64,000 nt of DNA from a virus. The notes beneath the pieces are model-generated. The model saw only the letters and a program-made list of their open reading frames with translations, searched no databases and was not told where the DNA came from. A program made the position numbers and the translations under genes. Shown piece by piece: positions 1-9,162 of this stretch. Location of the stretch: IMG/VR virus record IMGVR_UViG_3300027513_000010. One strand, written 5' to 3'. Each line of letters begins with the position of its first letter. Positions within the stretch are counted from its first letter, which is position 1.

Positions 1-869
1 CGCAGCACCGACCACAAGTCTTCCGGTGTGTCCTGAATCGGAGTGCCGGTGAGACCGATCACGTTCTTGACATCTCGGGCGAGATACCACAGCGCTCGGG
101 TCTGCTTGGCCTTCGGGTTCTTGGCTCGGTGAACCTCGTCCACGATTATCGATTTGAAAGCGATCTTTTGCAGTGGCCCATCCACCTTCTCTTTGTCAGC
201 GAGAGACACGGAGGGGAACGGAGCGTGACGGCTCCGCAAGCGGGCGGTGTCATAGCTGACGATGTAGAAGTCGGCAGTCTCGGCGAGAGCGGCATCGACT
301 TGAGCCGGGGTTCCCTCAACGATCTGTACCGAGGCTGTGGGGAAGAACCCACGAATCTCGGAGCGCCATGTTCGGAGCATCGACTTCGGGGCCACGATGA
401 GAACCGGGAAGATGGCTCGGGACTCTTCCAGTAGAGACAGCCCGGCGAGAGCAGTACGGGTCTTGCCGGTTCCGGTCTGATCGAAGAACAAGTATCGACC
501 GGCGAGATTGATGAGATGCCCGCCCACAAGTTGATACGGGTATAAATCTGAGAAGCCTGGCTTGCCCACCGGGTACTGATCGGTGCCGTCGTCTTCCAAC
601 TCCAAGGCAGTGCGAAGCAGCGCCAGGGTCGCTTTGGCCGGAGCCACCTTGTAGCCCCAATCCGTGAGTTCCGGCCCAATCTCAAGCTCGGTTCCAAACT
701 CGGCACGGAGGGCGAGAGCAGACGGCCAGGACAACGGCACCGACCACCACTTCTCTTCGTTGTGCCATTTGGCACCAGGCACAGCCTTCACCGACTCTTT
801 GAATCGGTACGAAGTGGAAACCATAATCCGCCCTGGAAGGCTCTCGACTATCTCGGCAAAGGTGCTCAT
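1..869 (-). CDS. SNF2/SWI2-family helicase with N-terminal HARP-like domain (truncated by window edge; absent from ORF track)
   Basis: Manual translation from ATG 869: MSTFAEIV...KAVPGAKWHNEEKWWSVP (HARP-like)...DQTGTGKT (Walker A)...VLIVAPKS...IIVDEVH (DExH)...LTGTPIQDTPEDLWS. Confidence 0.9.
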   Translation of the reverse strand, partial: MSTFAEIVESLPGRIMVSTSYRFKESVKAVPGAKWHNEEKWWSVPLSWPSALALRAEFGTELEIGPELTDWGYKVAPAKATLALLRTALELEDDGTDQYPVGKPGFSDLYPYQLVGGHLINLAGRYLFFDQTGTGKTRTALAGLSLLEESRAIFPVLIVAPKSMLRTWRSEIRGFFPTASVQIVEGTPAQVDAALAETADFYIVSYDTARLRSRHAPFPSVSLADKEKVDGPLQKIAFKSIIVDEVHRAKNPKAKQTRALWYLARDVKNVIGLTGTPIQDTPEDLWSVL

Positions 870-877
870 TGGGCTGA

Positions 878-905
878 ATTATACCTCTCTGTAAACCTTG
901 TGCAA
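878..905 (-). promoter_or_regulatory. sigma70-type promoter TTGCAC-N16-TATAAT, probably leaderless
   Basis: One of six TTGCRN-N16-TATAAT copies; ATG lies 8 nt after the -10. Confidence 0.8.
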
Positions 906-916
906 GTCCAACGCAA

Positions 917-940
917 AGCGCCCCGGCGAACCGGGGCGCT
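917..940 (-). terminator. Intrinsic terminator with UUCG tetraloop
   Basis: AGCGCCCCGG-TTCG-CCGGGGCGCT then TTT, downstream of ORF 962-1390. Confidence 0.75.
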
Positions 941-961
941 CCAACTTATCGCAACTGAGAC

Positions 962-1390
962 CTACTGGCCGTTGTTGTTGGTGGGGTCGATTGCGTCCAA
1001 CTGCGCCAGCAATGCTTCGACCGTGGTGTGAATGAGGTTGGCCTTGCGGCCTTCCACCGTTCGCTTGTCAACTGACTTGGCGATGGAAGCATTGACATTA
1101 CTGATTGTCCGAAGCCGGGTGTGGCTGTCCTTCATGCGATTCGCAATCCAAGGGGAGGAATCATTGACTGACCCGACCAGCTTGTAAATCCACTCACCGA
1201 CCGTGCCCGGTGATTCACACACGAGGTTGTAGTCGAAATCCGCCAGGAAGCTCCTGAGCGGACGAATGGTCGCCTTCACGTCAGCTATCGACCAGCCCAA
1301 GTCAGCGGCGGCTTCACTGAGCACCCATGTCGGGTGTGCCATCGCATAGTCGAGCAAGTCCTCGACCCGATCATCTCTCTTCATCCACAT
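962..1390 (-). CDS. Hypothetical protein, possible N-terminal HTH
   Basis: 142 aa; GGAGG RBS; WVLSEAAADLGWSIADVKATIR resembles an HTH. Confidence 0.6.
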   Translation of the reverse strand: MWMKRDDRVEDLLDYAMAHPTWVLSEAAADLGWSIADVKATIRPLRSFLADFDYNLVCESPGTVGEWIYKLVGSVNDSSPWIANRMKDSHTRLRTISNVNASIAKSVDKRTVEGRKANLIHTTVEALLAQLDAIDPTNNNGQ

Positions 1391-1412
1391 GTCTCTGTCT
1401 GGCCTCCTGCCT

Positions 1413-2318
1413 CTACTCGGTGAGAGCGGCGAGTTCCGCGTCCCAATCCACTTCGGCGGTTCCGTTCACCGCCATCTCCATCAATCCGATCAGCCCCCGC
1501 ACCTTGGCGAGAGTGTCGGAAAGGACAACCTGAGCGTCGCCGGTGAAGCTGACATCTCGGCTGAGAGCGAGAGCATCGAGCAGGCGCTTGTACGCCTTGT
1601 CCAAGAGGTCGTCAACCTCAAGAGCCAAACCACTGAGCATGGCCCGGCGTGCATCCTTGTCCCGCTCACTGGCCTTGGTCATGCCAGCGGTGAACTCGGC
1701 GGCTCGGGGGGTCTCTTCTGCGACGGTGCTCCCGGTCTTGACGGCCCGGCCCCGAGCAGAACGAACCGCGCTGTCTACCTCAGACGGCTTCGGCTCCCGT
1801 CCGAGATGGGCTTCCAGATCGGCGGCGGCGATGGCCTCATCTCGCTCATCGAGAGCCTTGGAGATGATTGGGGCGGCTTCCCGAGGGAGTAGCTCGGCAA
1901 CCTTCTCGGCTCCGTGCTTCTCGACCATGCCCTTGAGCACGTTCTCGGCTCCGTCCTCTGACGCCCAACGGGTGCTCCCACGCTCGTCGGTCGGGGGGAA
2001 CTTGATAGTGGGAAGCGTGACCTTGCTCCCCGGCTTGATGTCGGGCTGATCGGCGTAGTCCTGCCAGAACTTCCGATAGATGCCCACGGTCTGCTTGTTG
2101 GTGAGACCGGCAATCCCGAGTCGGGCGAACTCAGCAAGGCTCAACTTGGGTGGATTTCCACCTAAGTCGGTGCGACGGCCTCGTGCCTCTTCGGTGAAGG
2201 CGTAGACAATGGCGGCTCGCTCCCAACCCTTGGCAGTGAGCAGTGAATCGATCCCGTTCAAGGCGGCGGTCGCGGACTTGATGGATCGTGGTATCTGAAC
2301 AATGACTGGCTCAGTCAA
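1413..2318 (-). CDS. Hypothetical helical protein
   Basis: 301 aa; GGGAGG RBS before TTG start. Confidence 0.7.
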   Translation of the reverse strand: MTEPVIVQIPRSIKSATAALNGIDSLLTAKGWERAAIVYAFTEEARGRRTDLGGNPPKLSLAEFARLGIAGLTNKQTVGIYRKFWQDYADQPDIKPGSKVTLPTIKFPPTDERGSTRWASEDGAENVLKGMVEKHGAEKVAELLPREAAPIISKALDERDEAIAAADLEAHLGREPKPSEVDSAVRSARGRAVKTGSTVAEETPRAAEFTAGMTKASERDKDARRAMLSGLALEVDDLLDKAYKRLLDALALSRDVSFTGDAQVVLSDTLAKVRGLIGLMEMAVNGTAEVDWDAELAALTE

Positions 2319-2385
2319 CGTGACCTCCCTGGTCTGTGTCTAGGTGGCGAAAGTATACCGCCTGATTTTCATTCGATTGGTGATT

Positions 2386-2808
2386 CTACAAATTCGTCAT
2401 CATGCGATTGGCGAGCAGGGCGTGTCGCAGAGCATCCCGAGCGTGCGGCCCGGTGACGGAATCGAAAAGGCCCAACTGATGGAGATGCTCGTTGGTATAG
2501 GCGTTCTTCGCGTCAGCCGCTTTCTGCAATCTCATGGGCACGCCCATTCGCCTTGATAGGAAGATGACAATGCCGATGGTGTAGAGAGCGTCGTACTGCC
2601 GGGTCTTTTTGGCGGTGCTCGGTGTGATGATGTATTGCTCGATGCCGATACCGTCCGCAGTGGCGATGAGAATTTCCAGCTTCTCGCCTACGTCAGTAAA
2701 CGAGATTTGCTCCGAGTAGGCCACTGCACCATCGGCAAGCATCACCAGGCCGGTTGTCGAGCCGGGATCGATACCGAGAATATTCCTCATTCGATCCGTT
2801 GCCGCCAC
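2386..2808 (-). CDS. RuvC-like Holliday junction resolvase
   Basis: ILGIDPGSTTG, IGIEQY, HARDALRHA catalytic-type motifs. Confidence 0.8.
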   Translation of the reverse strand: MAATDRMRNILGIDPGSTTGLVMLADGAVAYSEQISFTDVGEKLEILIATADGIGIEQYIITPSTAKKTRQYDALYTIGIVIFLSRRMGVPMRLQKAADAKNAYTNEHLHQLGLFDSVTGPHARDALRHALLANRMMTNL

Positions 2809-3188
2809 GCTTCCAAGTCACCGATCAGTGACGACACCATCCCAACGAGCGGCACCGGCCTCACTACGTTGGAAAGATGCTTGATGGCGTTCATGGTGGC
2901 TTCGGCGTTCATCATCTCTTCCACTTTTGAAAGCACGTCGAGGGTCTTGTCGATCTGCCGGATGATGTCTCCGGTCTCGGTCTTGGCGTTGGCTTCTGTG
3001 ATACCGGCGGCTCGGCCAATCTCGATGGCGTTGGCGAACCAGCCGATCATCCAGCCTTCATCGATTACTTGTCGGCCCGGCTCCGCTGCGTCGGCAATCT
3101 CCCGAGCGACCGCGCACCATTCCTCGGCCCATACTTGAGCGTCGGTCGTGCTGTGCAGTCTCAGTGTCCGTGTTGTCTCGTCTTCCAT
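2787..3188 (-). CDS. Hypothetical protein
   Basis: 133 aa between polymerase and resolvase; AGGA RBS. Confidence 0.6.
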   Translation of the reverse strand: MEDETTRTLRLHSTTDAQVWAEEWCAVAREIADAAEPGRQVIDEGWMIGWFANAIEIGRAAGITEANAKTETGDIIRQIDKTLDVLSKVEEMMNAEATMNAIKHLSNVVRPVPLVGMVSSLIGDLEAWRQRIE

Positions 3189-3198
3189 CTCGTTCCTT

Positions 3199-4938
3199 TC
3201 ATGTCAGGTCAGCCCAGGTCTTTCCCGGCCCGTTGATGCTGGCGGTCAGCGGCACCATGAGTTCTCGACTCTCCATCGAGGCAATGATGGCGTGACTGGC
3301 CTCTTCGACATCTTCCTCGGGTATGGAGAACACGACTTCGTCATGGACGGGAGCCAAGAGGTAATCCTCAAACCCGGCACTGGCGAGTGCCACGAGTGAC
3401 CTTTTCAAAAACTCGGCGGCACTGGCCTGGATCACATAATTCGTCCCGGCGTAGAGAACATGCGGATCGACCGGCAGGAACCGCCCGCCCAATGTCATCA
3501 CTCCACCGCTGTTCCGTGCCTCCCGTTCGATGCGCTTCGCCATCCGAGAGAGACCAGGGTAAGACCGGCTCACCAAGGCCTTGACTTCGGCCATCCGAGC
3601 TACCGGGATTCCCGCCCTGATTGACATGGTCTCGACACCAGCGCCATATAGGAAGCTGTAAAAGAATGTCTTGATGACTTGCCGCCGGTCGTCGGTCTTG
3701 ATGATGGCCGGGTCTCCGTAGATGTCACGGGTCGCTTTCAAAAAGAAATCGCCTTCAGAGAAGGCCTCGGCCAGCGCCCGGTCTTCAGCCAGCGATGCCG
3801 CGATTCGTAATTCGATCTGATCCATGTCAGCCGAGAGCATGACTTCGCCTTCACGGAGCGGGATGATGGCCCGGCGCACCATCCGAGAGTCGGGGTCGGA
3901 GCTTGGTTTTGGAAGAGTCTGAAGCGCCGGATTTGAAATCGACATGCGACTCGTGCGTGCCGCCATTGTGTTGATGCTCGGGTGAACCACTCCCTCGTGC
4001 AGATACCCGAGGAAATTTGAAAAGTAGGCGCTCGCCATCTTGTCGATCTTCCTCACCCGAAGCACAGCCTTGGCGACGTTGGCCGAATCCCGGTCGCCGT
4101 AGGCGGCAACACGTTCCAGCACGTCCTTGTCAACGGCGACCCGACCGCCCCTGGTTTTCTTGGTGAGTAGCCCACGCTCGGTGTTGGAGATGAACCACCG
4201 GCCAAGCTCGTCGGTCGAGGTCAGCGACACGATTCCGTGGTAGCTCAATTTCAAGCGGTCGGATTCCGACCGAAGCTCGGCGAACTTCTCGGCGGTGAAT
4301 TCCCGGTCGATCCTCATGCCGTTGGCTTCCATCCGAGAGCAGATGGCCCTCACGTCCATCTCCAAGTCGAACACCGATGAGGCGACGATCTTCTGGACTG
4401 CGTCAAGCTCGTAGATGCGTGAAGCGAGAATCACGTCGAGAGCGGCGTAATACAGGAACGGCTCGTAGTCGAGAGGTATGTCTTCCCACCGCCACTTCTG
4501 TTTCTTCATCGCCAGCTTGAGAGCTTGCTCCCCACCGCCGTCGCCACCAAGCAATCGTCTTGATGCGGGCTTGAGCTTGGAAGGCTGATTCGGTTGGAGA
4601 ATGCGGAGGGCGAGCATGGTGTCGTCAATCTTTCGCCAGGGCACGTCAACGTCATGGCGAGCCAGGCTTGGCACGTCGAAGCTGGCGTTGTGGATAACGA
4701 GCCTGCCGGGGAAGTTTTGAAAAACGTGGTTAAACAACCCCGGCCACTCAGGGAGCCGGGCAAGCCAGGCCTGGTTCCGGTTCCCGACTTGGATCAGGCG
4801 CACCCTGAAATCGGGATGGTGGTAGTCGAGACTCGTGGTCTCGGTGTCGATGGTGATGTACCGCTGGCCTTCACACCAAGCGGTGAAGTCGGCTACGTCG
4901 GAGCCGGAGTGGATGAAGCGGTAGAGGTCGTCTGGCAT
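3199..4938 (-). CDS. DNA polymerase family A with 3'-5' exonuclease and no 5'-3' nuclease domain
   Basis: TIDTETT (ExoI), HNASFD (ExoII), YAALD (ExoIII), ADMDQIELR (motif A), KTFFYSFLYG (motif B), PVHDEV (motif C). Confidence 0.95.
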   Translation of the reverse strand: MPDDLYRFIHSGSDVADFTAWCEGQRYITIDTETTSLDYHHPDFRVRLIQVGNRNQAWLARLPEWPGLFNHVFQNFPGRLVIHNASFDVPSLARHDVDVPWRKIDDTMLALRILQPNQPSKLKPASRRLLGGDGGGEQALKLAMKKQKWRWEDIPLDYEPFLYYAALDVILASRIYELDAVQKIVASSVFDLEMDVRAICSRMEANGMRIDREFTAEKFAELRSESDRLKLSYHGIVSLTSTDELGRWFISNTERGLLTKKTRGGRVAVDKDVLERVAAYGDRDSANVAKAVLRVRKIDKMASAYFSNFLGYLHEGVVHPSINTMAARTSRMSISNPALQTLPKPSSDPDSRMVRRAIIPLREGEVMLSADMDQIELRIAASLAEDRALAEAFSEGDFFLKATRDIYGDPAIIKTDDRRQVIKTFFYSFLYGAGVETMSIRAGIPVARMAEVKALVSRSYPGLSRMAKRIEREARNSGGVMTLGGRFLPVDPHVLYAGTNYVIQASAAEFLKRSLVALASAGFEDYLLAPVHDEVVFSIPEEDVEEASHAIIASMESRELMVPLTASINGPGKTWADLT

Positions 4939-4939
4939 G

Positions 4940-5620
4940 TCATGTCAGAAGCGGGACGTTAGTGAATGCGGCCCCACGAGTGGCGAGCCAGTTCTCGATT
5001 TGTTGTGAGAGTTTTCCCACTCCGAGAAGCTGCGGTGAATCGAGGGTGAGCCAGAGCAGATCGAGTTCCTCGGGAGTGGCCCCGCTTGATGCGAAGCCGT
5101 ACTGAGTCCAGTCGTCTTCGTCGGCCCGCCCGATGAAGTCCCGGCGAACCTCACGGTCGGGCTGGCAGATGACCAGCCATTGCGGATAGGCCACACCGAT
5201 GTAGTGCCGCCATCGGTCGTAGGGCAGAGCCTCGGCTTCCATGCTCCCGGCCAGAGCAATGATGTCGTCGGTGTCGAGGTCTCCGAGGTCTTTCACTGAG
5301 GTAATGGTCTGCCGGTGCAGCATGTCGATCAGGGGGTTATCGGATGGCAACACCACGGTCAGCCCGCCCCGAGATGCCAGGAACAATTCCATCATTTTGA
5401 AATTGGGTGAGAGCCGGTAACTGTCCTGCTCGATGAGAGGCTTCCAGTGGTGGTCGATGACAACGAGGTTTCGATCTTGCCCCGGTCGGTAGGTCGCTAT
5501 CTCACCATCGAACAAGTCTTCGGCGGTCTCTTCGATAAGGGCGAACTCGGCTCGTTTCAGTAGCTCGCCAGCTAACTCGTTGAGCGCTCTCGGCTCGCCG
5601 CCGGTCAGGACGGTAAGCAA
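4940..5620 (-). CDS. Hypothetical protein, possibly a degenerate nucleotide-kinase fold
   Basis: MLTVLTGG start, LVVIDHHW and ELFLASRGGLTVVL recall actinophage dTMP-kinase-like proteins, but there is no GKS/T P-loop. Confidence 0.4.
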   Translation of the reverse strand: MLTVLTGGEPRALNELAGELLKRAEFALIEETAEDLFDGEIATYRPGQDRNLVVIDHHWKPLIEQDSYRLSPNFKMMELFLASRGGLTVVLPSDNPLIDMLHRQTITSVKDLGDLDTDDIIALAGSMEAEALPYDRWRHYIGVAYPQWLVICQPDREVRRDFIGRADEDDWTQYGFASSGATPEELDLLWLTLDSPQLLGVGKLSQQIENWLATRGAAFTNVPLLT

Positions 5621-5733
5621 GGTGCCTTGACCTCTTGGGGTACAGCCGCCCTACGACCACAACGAGAGCACCAAAAGACAGCCCATCCCGGCCAGAGTTC
5701 CTTCCGCTGCCATTGATGAGGTTGCGAGGCCAT
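5605..5733 (-). CDS. Small Cys-containing hypothetical protein (42 aa)
   Basis: ATG overlaps the upstream TGA; WCSRCGRR; fills the gap. Confidence 0.4.
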   Translation of the reverse strand: MASQPHQWQRKELWPGWAVFWCSRCGRRAAVPQEVKAPCLPS

Positions 5734-6227
5734 CAGGAAATCCGTTCCACTCTGTACGCGGCGTTGATGTCGTTATCAATCTCGGAGACCTTTTCCAAAA
5801 GCTCGATGGAGATACGGGGGAGATGCCGAGAGCCGTCACGCTTCCGATACAGGGCGGCGACTATCTCATTGGGGTCGGTGGCGATGGTGGCCCAATACCT
5901 CGGTTCCTCTACGAGAAGCTGCGTGAAGTCGTAGGTGTCGGGCACGCAGTCGTCGTATTGATACCCCTCGTCTGGATCGGCACCGGCATAGGTGTCTTGG
6001 AAGCGGGGGAGCACACCGAGAATGTGAGGACAACCCGGCATGTGAAGCACGATGGACATACCGAGCTTCTCAAGGACGTAGCTCCCACCGTTGGTTTTGA
6101 AAAGCGATAGGTCTGTCCACCTCGGCGACTCGGGCCTGCGGGATGAGACCTTGCCGAGACAGATGCCCTCAAATTGAATGAGGCGATTCCCGTCACGCAC
6201 CTTCCATTCGGCAACGGCAAGGCTCAT
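5733..6227 (-). CDS. Hypothetical protein
   Basis: 164 aa; RWTDLSLFKTNGGSYVL resembles a recurrent actinophage family. Confidence 0.65.
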   Translation of the reverse strand: MSLAVAEWKVRDGNRLIQFEGICLGKVSSRRPESPRWTDLSLFKTNGGSYVLEKLGMSIVLHMPGCPHILGVLPRFQDTYAGADPDEGYQYDDCVPDTYDFTQLLVEEPRYWATIATDPNEIVAALYRKRDGSRHLPRISIELLEKVSEIDNDINAAYRVERIS

Positions 6228-6298
6228 GGCGCGGCCTTCTGTCTTGATGTCGAGTCTGTCATGTCGGTCTATTCCTTACAAACGTCTAGGTGATGAGC

Positions 6299-6742
6299 CT
6301 ACATCGCTTTCTTCAGTGCATCAGCTAGGAAAGGTTGAGGATCAGTGCCGGGGTGCCTTACTGCCGGGAGCGCCACTACTCGCCCCTTGCGGTGCCAGTA
6401 GAACGAGAGCACCGAGGCACGCACCGGAACAATGGTGTGAGCCGCTGTGCCCTGGTGAACATAGATGGCGTGTTTTGGAATAGCGATGACCCGCCCTTCC
6501 AAATCTCGATGACGGCCATGCGTGCCTCGCTGTGGTCGGATAAGCGACTGCAATCGTCCGGTCGAGTAATTGATGCCGGTTCGGTTCCTCGGAATCTTGC
6601 CGGGGCCGGGTGCCTCGGCGATGGCAATGGCGTTGGTCTTTATCGTCTTGCCGTACATGTAGCGCCCGGTCATCCCCTGCCAGGATCGGAAGGCGTGATG
6701 AAACGAAGACGGGTCAGCCACGAAGACGTAGTTGAGCGGCAC
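6299..6742 (-). CDS. HK97 gp10-like neck/tail-completion protein
   Basis: TGRLQSLI...HAIYVHQGT...VRHPGTDPQPFLADAL. Confidence 0.8.
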   Translation of the reverse strand: MPLNYVFVADPSSFHHAFRSWQGMTGRYMYGKTIKTNAIAIAEAPGPGKIPRNRTGINYSTGRLQSLIRPQRGTHGRHRDLEGRVIAIPKHAIYVHQGTAAHTIVPVRASVLSFYWHRKGRVVALPAVRHPGTDPQPFLADALKKAM

Positions 6743-6743
6743 G

Positions 6744-7064
6744 TCAGATTCGCTCTTTCAAATCCTTGACGAGTTTCATCTGCCCGAGAGCCTTGGCACG
6801 TTTCTTGATGTGCCGGACGACTCGGGCACGGTTCTTGGCACGACCTAGTGCCTGAATCGCTTTTTTCAAATCGGCTACATCCTTGATGGGATAGCTTCCG
6901 TCCTTGAGTGCGATCCCTCGCTTGGCTGCTTTCTTCCGAGTCTCGGCGTTCCAGTGGGAGGTCGCCGTCGCCATGAGCGAAAGCCCGTGCTCCAACGGGC
7001 CAGCTTTTTGAATCTCGGCTCGGGAGAAATGAATCGGGTATCCGTCATCCCATAGGCCGCTCAT
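6744..7064 (-). CDS. Small basic head-associated protein
   Basis: RKKAAKRGIALKDGSYPIKDVADLKKAIQALGRAK...HIKKRAKALG, a module usually seen in actinophage capsid-maturation proteins. Confidence 0.6.
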   Translation of the reverse strand: MSGLWDDGYPIHFSRAEIQKAGPLEHGLSLMATATSHWNAETRKKAAKRGIALKDGSYPIKDVADLKKAIQALGRAKNRARVVRHIKKRAKALGQMKLVKDLKERI

Positions 7065-7240
7065 TGCAGCAAGTCCTTTAGCTTCCCGAGAAGCTCAAAT
7101 GTCTCTTCCTCGGTGTGGGTCTCAAGTAGATCGTTGACATCGACGTTGACGTAGAGCGACCCGGCACTGAACTCCATGTTCCGTATCTCGGCGGCGAGTT
7201 GCTCGGTCTCAGTCTCGGCCTCGGGCTGTTCGTTGTTCAT
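7061..7240 (-). CDS. Small acidic hypothetical protein (59 aa)
   Basis: ATG 7240 with GGAAGG RBS; TGA overlaps the next ATG. Confidence 0.6.
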   Translation of the reverse strand: MNNEQPEAETETEQLAAEIRNMEFSAGSLYVNVDVNDLLETHTEEETFELLGKLKDLLQ

Positions 7241-7254
7241 TTGCGAGTCCTTCC

Positions 7255-7692
7255 CTATGGAACGCCGATGGTCAGACTGAGGGTCGTGATTTGCAAGCCG
7301 CCGGTGTTCATAAAACTCATCGTGAAATCTTTGAATAACCAATACGAGAGTTGCTCGGCCCACGTCCAGAGGCAGTCGGCATCCTTGTCGGCTTGTGCGG
7401 AGATGGCATTGATCTGCTCGACATCGTTGGTGCCGTCGTCGTTCATTTCGTAGGCACACTCCCGAGCCAGGGCGATGTTGATGGTGGCGATCTGCCCGTA
7501 CGAGCACGTCTGCCCACCTTCGTTGATCGGCTGCGCTGCGGCCTCGGTGACGGCTGCGGTGAGTGAAGCGCAGGCAATGACTTGAGTGGCGTACTGAGTG
7601 AAGGTCTCTTCCGGTATCACAAGTTGGCAAGTGTCAACGGCGTAGTCAGCGAAGTCCTTGCGAAGCTGATCGGCGTATTGCAATGGGGTCAC
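7255..7692 (-). CDS. Virion structural protein, tail-terminator-like by position
   Basis: 145 aa directly after the head-tail adaptor; GTGA overlap. Confidence 0.55.
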   Translation of the reverse strand: MTPLQYADQLRKDFADYAVDTCQLVIPEETFTQYATQVIACASLTAAVTEAAAQPINEGGQTCSYGQIATINIALARECAYEMNDDGTNDVEQINAISAQADKDADCLWTWAEQLSYWLFKDFTMSFMNTGGLQITTLSLTIGVP

Positions 7693-8471
7693 GGTGTGAC
7701 CTCGCAGGCTCCGTACCCGACTTGTTTTGAAAAGAGCCAGTGCCCGTACCGGAGCGGGTCAATGGCCTTGCCCTTGGGCACGCTCCGACGAGCTATCGAA
7801 ATCCACGAGTCGATCCGAGAGATGCCAACGAGTCCCTTGTCCATGAAGTCACCGGGATCGAGCAGTGTCCACGAGACTCCTTGTCGGGTGATGGAAGTGA
7901 TGCGCTCGGGGAGATTGCATTTCTTGCCCTCGGTGATGGCGTTGGCGTACTCGGTTGCCAGCGTGTAGACCGCGGCCCGAGCGCCGGGCGGGAGGTTGCT
8001 GCCGATGGTGTAGACCACCCGAACCCGCTTCGGGCAACCGCAATGCCACGGCGTGTTGTAGACCCGGCCACCGCACGTCGCTGGACAGATCGAGACCTTG
8101 CCCGGCGAGATTTCACACCAGCCGGTGATGTTGGTGCTGGTGCTGTCGCAGTTGTGCATTTGCTGCACCGACTGAATCTCGGTGACGGGGCCATGACTGA
8201 GGATGAAGTCGCATTGGTCGCCCCGAAGACTGAAGGTGTCCGACCAGCACTCTTCGCCGTGGTAGTAGTTGTGGGTTAGCTCATCGAGAACCCACGTCGC
8301 TTCCAGACAGAGGGCGTCGATTTGCTCGGGGGTGAGGTCGGGATACTCGCTGGCGAAGAAATCGAGTTGTTCCTCGGTCAGCCAGCACGCCGTCTGTGGG
8401 TCTCCCGGTGGGATGGGGTCAGGTGAGGCAATGACATCGAATGAGGCCGAGAACGAGCGGTCGAAGCTCAC
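7689..8471 (-). CDS. Head-to-tail adaptor
   Basis: PPGARAAVYTLATEY...CNLPERITSITRQGVSWTLLDP...GISRIDSWI, typical of actinophage adaptors. Confidence 0.8.
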   Translation of the reverse strand: MSFDRSFSASFDVIASPDPIPPGDPQTACWLTEEQLDFFASEYPDLTPEQIDALCLEATWVLDELTHNYYHGEECWSDTFSLRGDQCDFILSHGPVTEIQSVQQMHNCDSTSTNITGWCEISPGKVSICPATCGGRVYNTPWHCGCPKRVRVVYTIGSNLPPGARAAVYTLATEYANAITEGKKCNLPERITSITRQGVSWTLLDPGDFMDKGLVGISRIDSWISIARRSVPKGKAIDPLRYGHWLFSKQVGYGACEVTP

Positions 8472-8918
8472 TCAGATGTACCACTGCCCGGCGACAAGGA
8501 AGGTGAGCGGAGCGTTGGGAGCGGGTTCAGTAAGCGCCTCACTCACCGTGATTGCCGCTGTTCGGTAGGCACCAGCATCGATAGGGATGGCGGTGATCTG
8601 CCCACGCATGAGCGCACTGCCCGCTGCTCCAAGGACGAAGTCGGCGGGCATGGTCTCGGTGTTCAGCATCCCGAAGGGCACCGGCTCCCCGTCGCTGGTC
8701 ATTTCGGAAAGGATCAATCCGGTAGCAGACATGCCCCAATTGGGAACGGTGATCTTCCCGGTGGGCGGGGTGGTGTCGGTCGAGTATTCAAAAGCGAGTC
8801 GAGTGACCACGGTGTGAGCGGTTTTGAAAAGCTCTTCCACGATGACCCGCATATCGGCGGCTGAGATGTTGCCGTCCGGCTCATCGGGGAGCAGAGCTAG
8901 TAGGTCATCGAGAGTCAT
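8472..8918 (-). CDS. Hypothetical structural-module protein
   Basis: 148 aa; LPDEPDGNISAADMR; ATGA overlap. Confidence 0.65.
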   Translation of the reverse strand: MTLDDLLALLPDEPDGNISAADMRVIVEELFKTAHTVVTRLAFEYSTDTTPPTGKITVPNWGMSATGLILSEMTSDGEPVPFGMLNTETMPADFVLGAAGSALMRGQITAIPIDAGAYRTAAITVSEALTEPAPNAPLTFLVAGQWYI

Positions 8919-9160
8919 CCTTGTGCTCCATCTTCTGAATCCGTGATGGGCGCTGTGTAGATGTGGGGAAGCTGGCTCATCAATTCGACAATCTCCATCT
9001 CCAACCGAATGTTGCGATGCCGGAAGGCGGCAATTGTATTGGTCTGTAAAGCGATGTATCGCTCTAGTTCAAAGACTCTTGCCTGTAGCTCTTCGACAGT
9101 CGGAGTCGGAGCATCGGGCATGTCGATAATGGTGGTCTCGCCGTTCTCGTTCTCGATCAT
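8915..9160 (-). CDS. Small coiled-coil hypothetical protein
   Basis: Start reassigned to ATG 9160 (MIENENG); EELQARVFELE heptads. Confidence 0.6.
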   Translation of the reverse strand: MIENENGETTIIDMPDAPTPTVEELQARVFELERYIALQTNTIAAFRHRNIRLEMEIVELMSQLPHIYTAPITDSEDGAQG

Positions 9161-9162
9161 TT

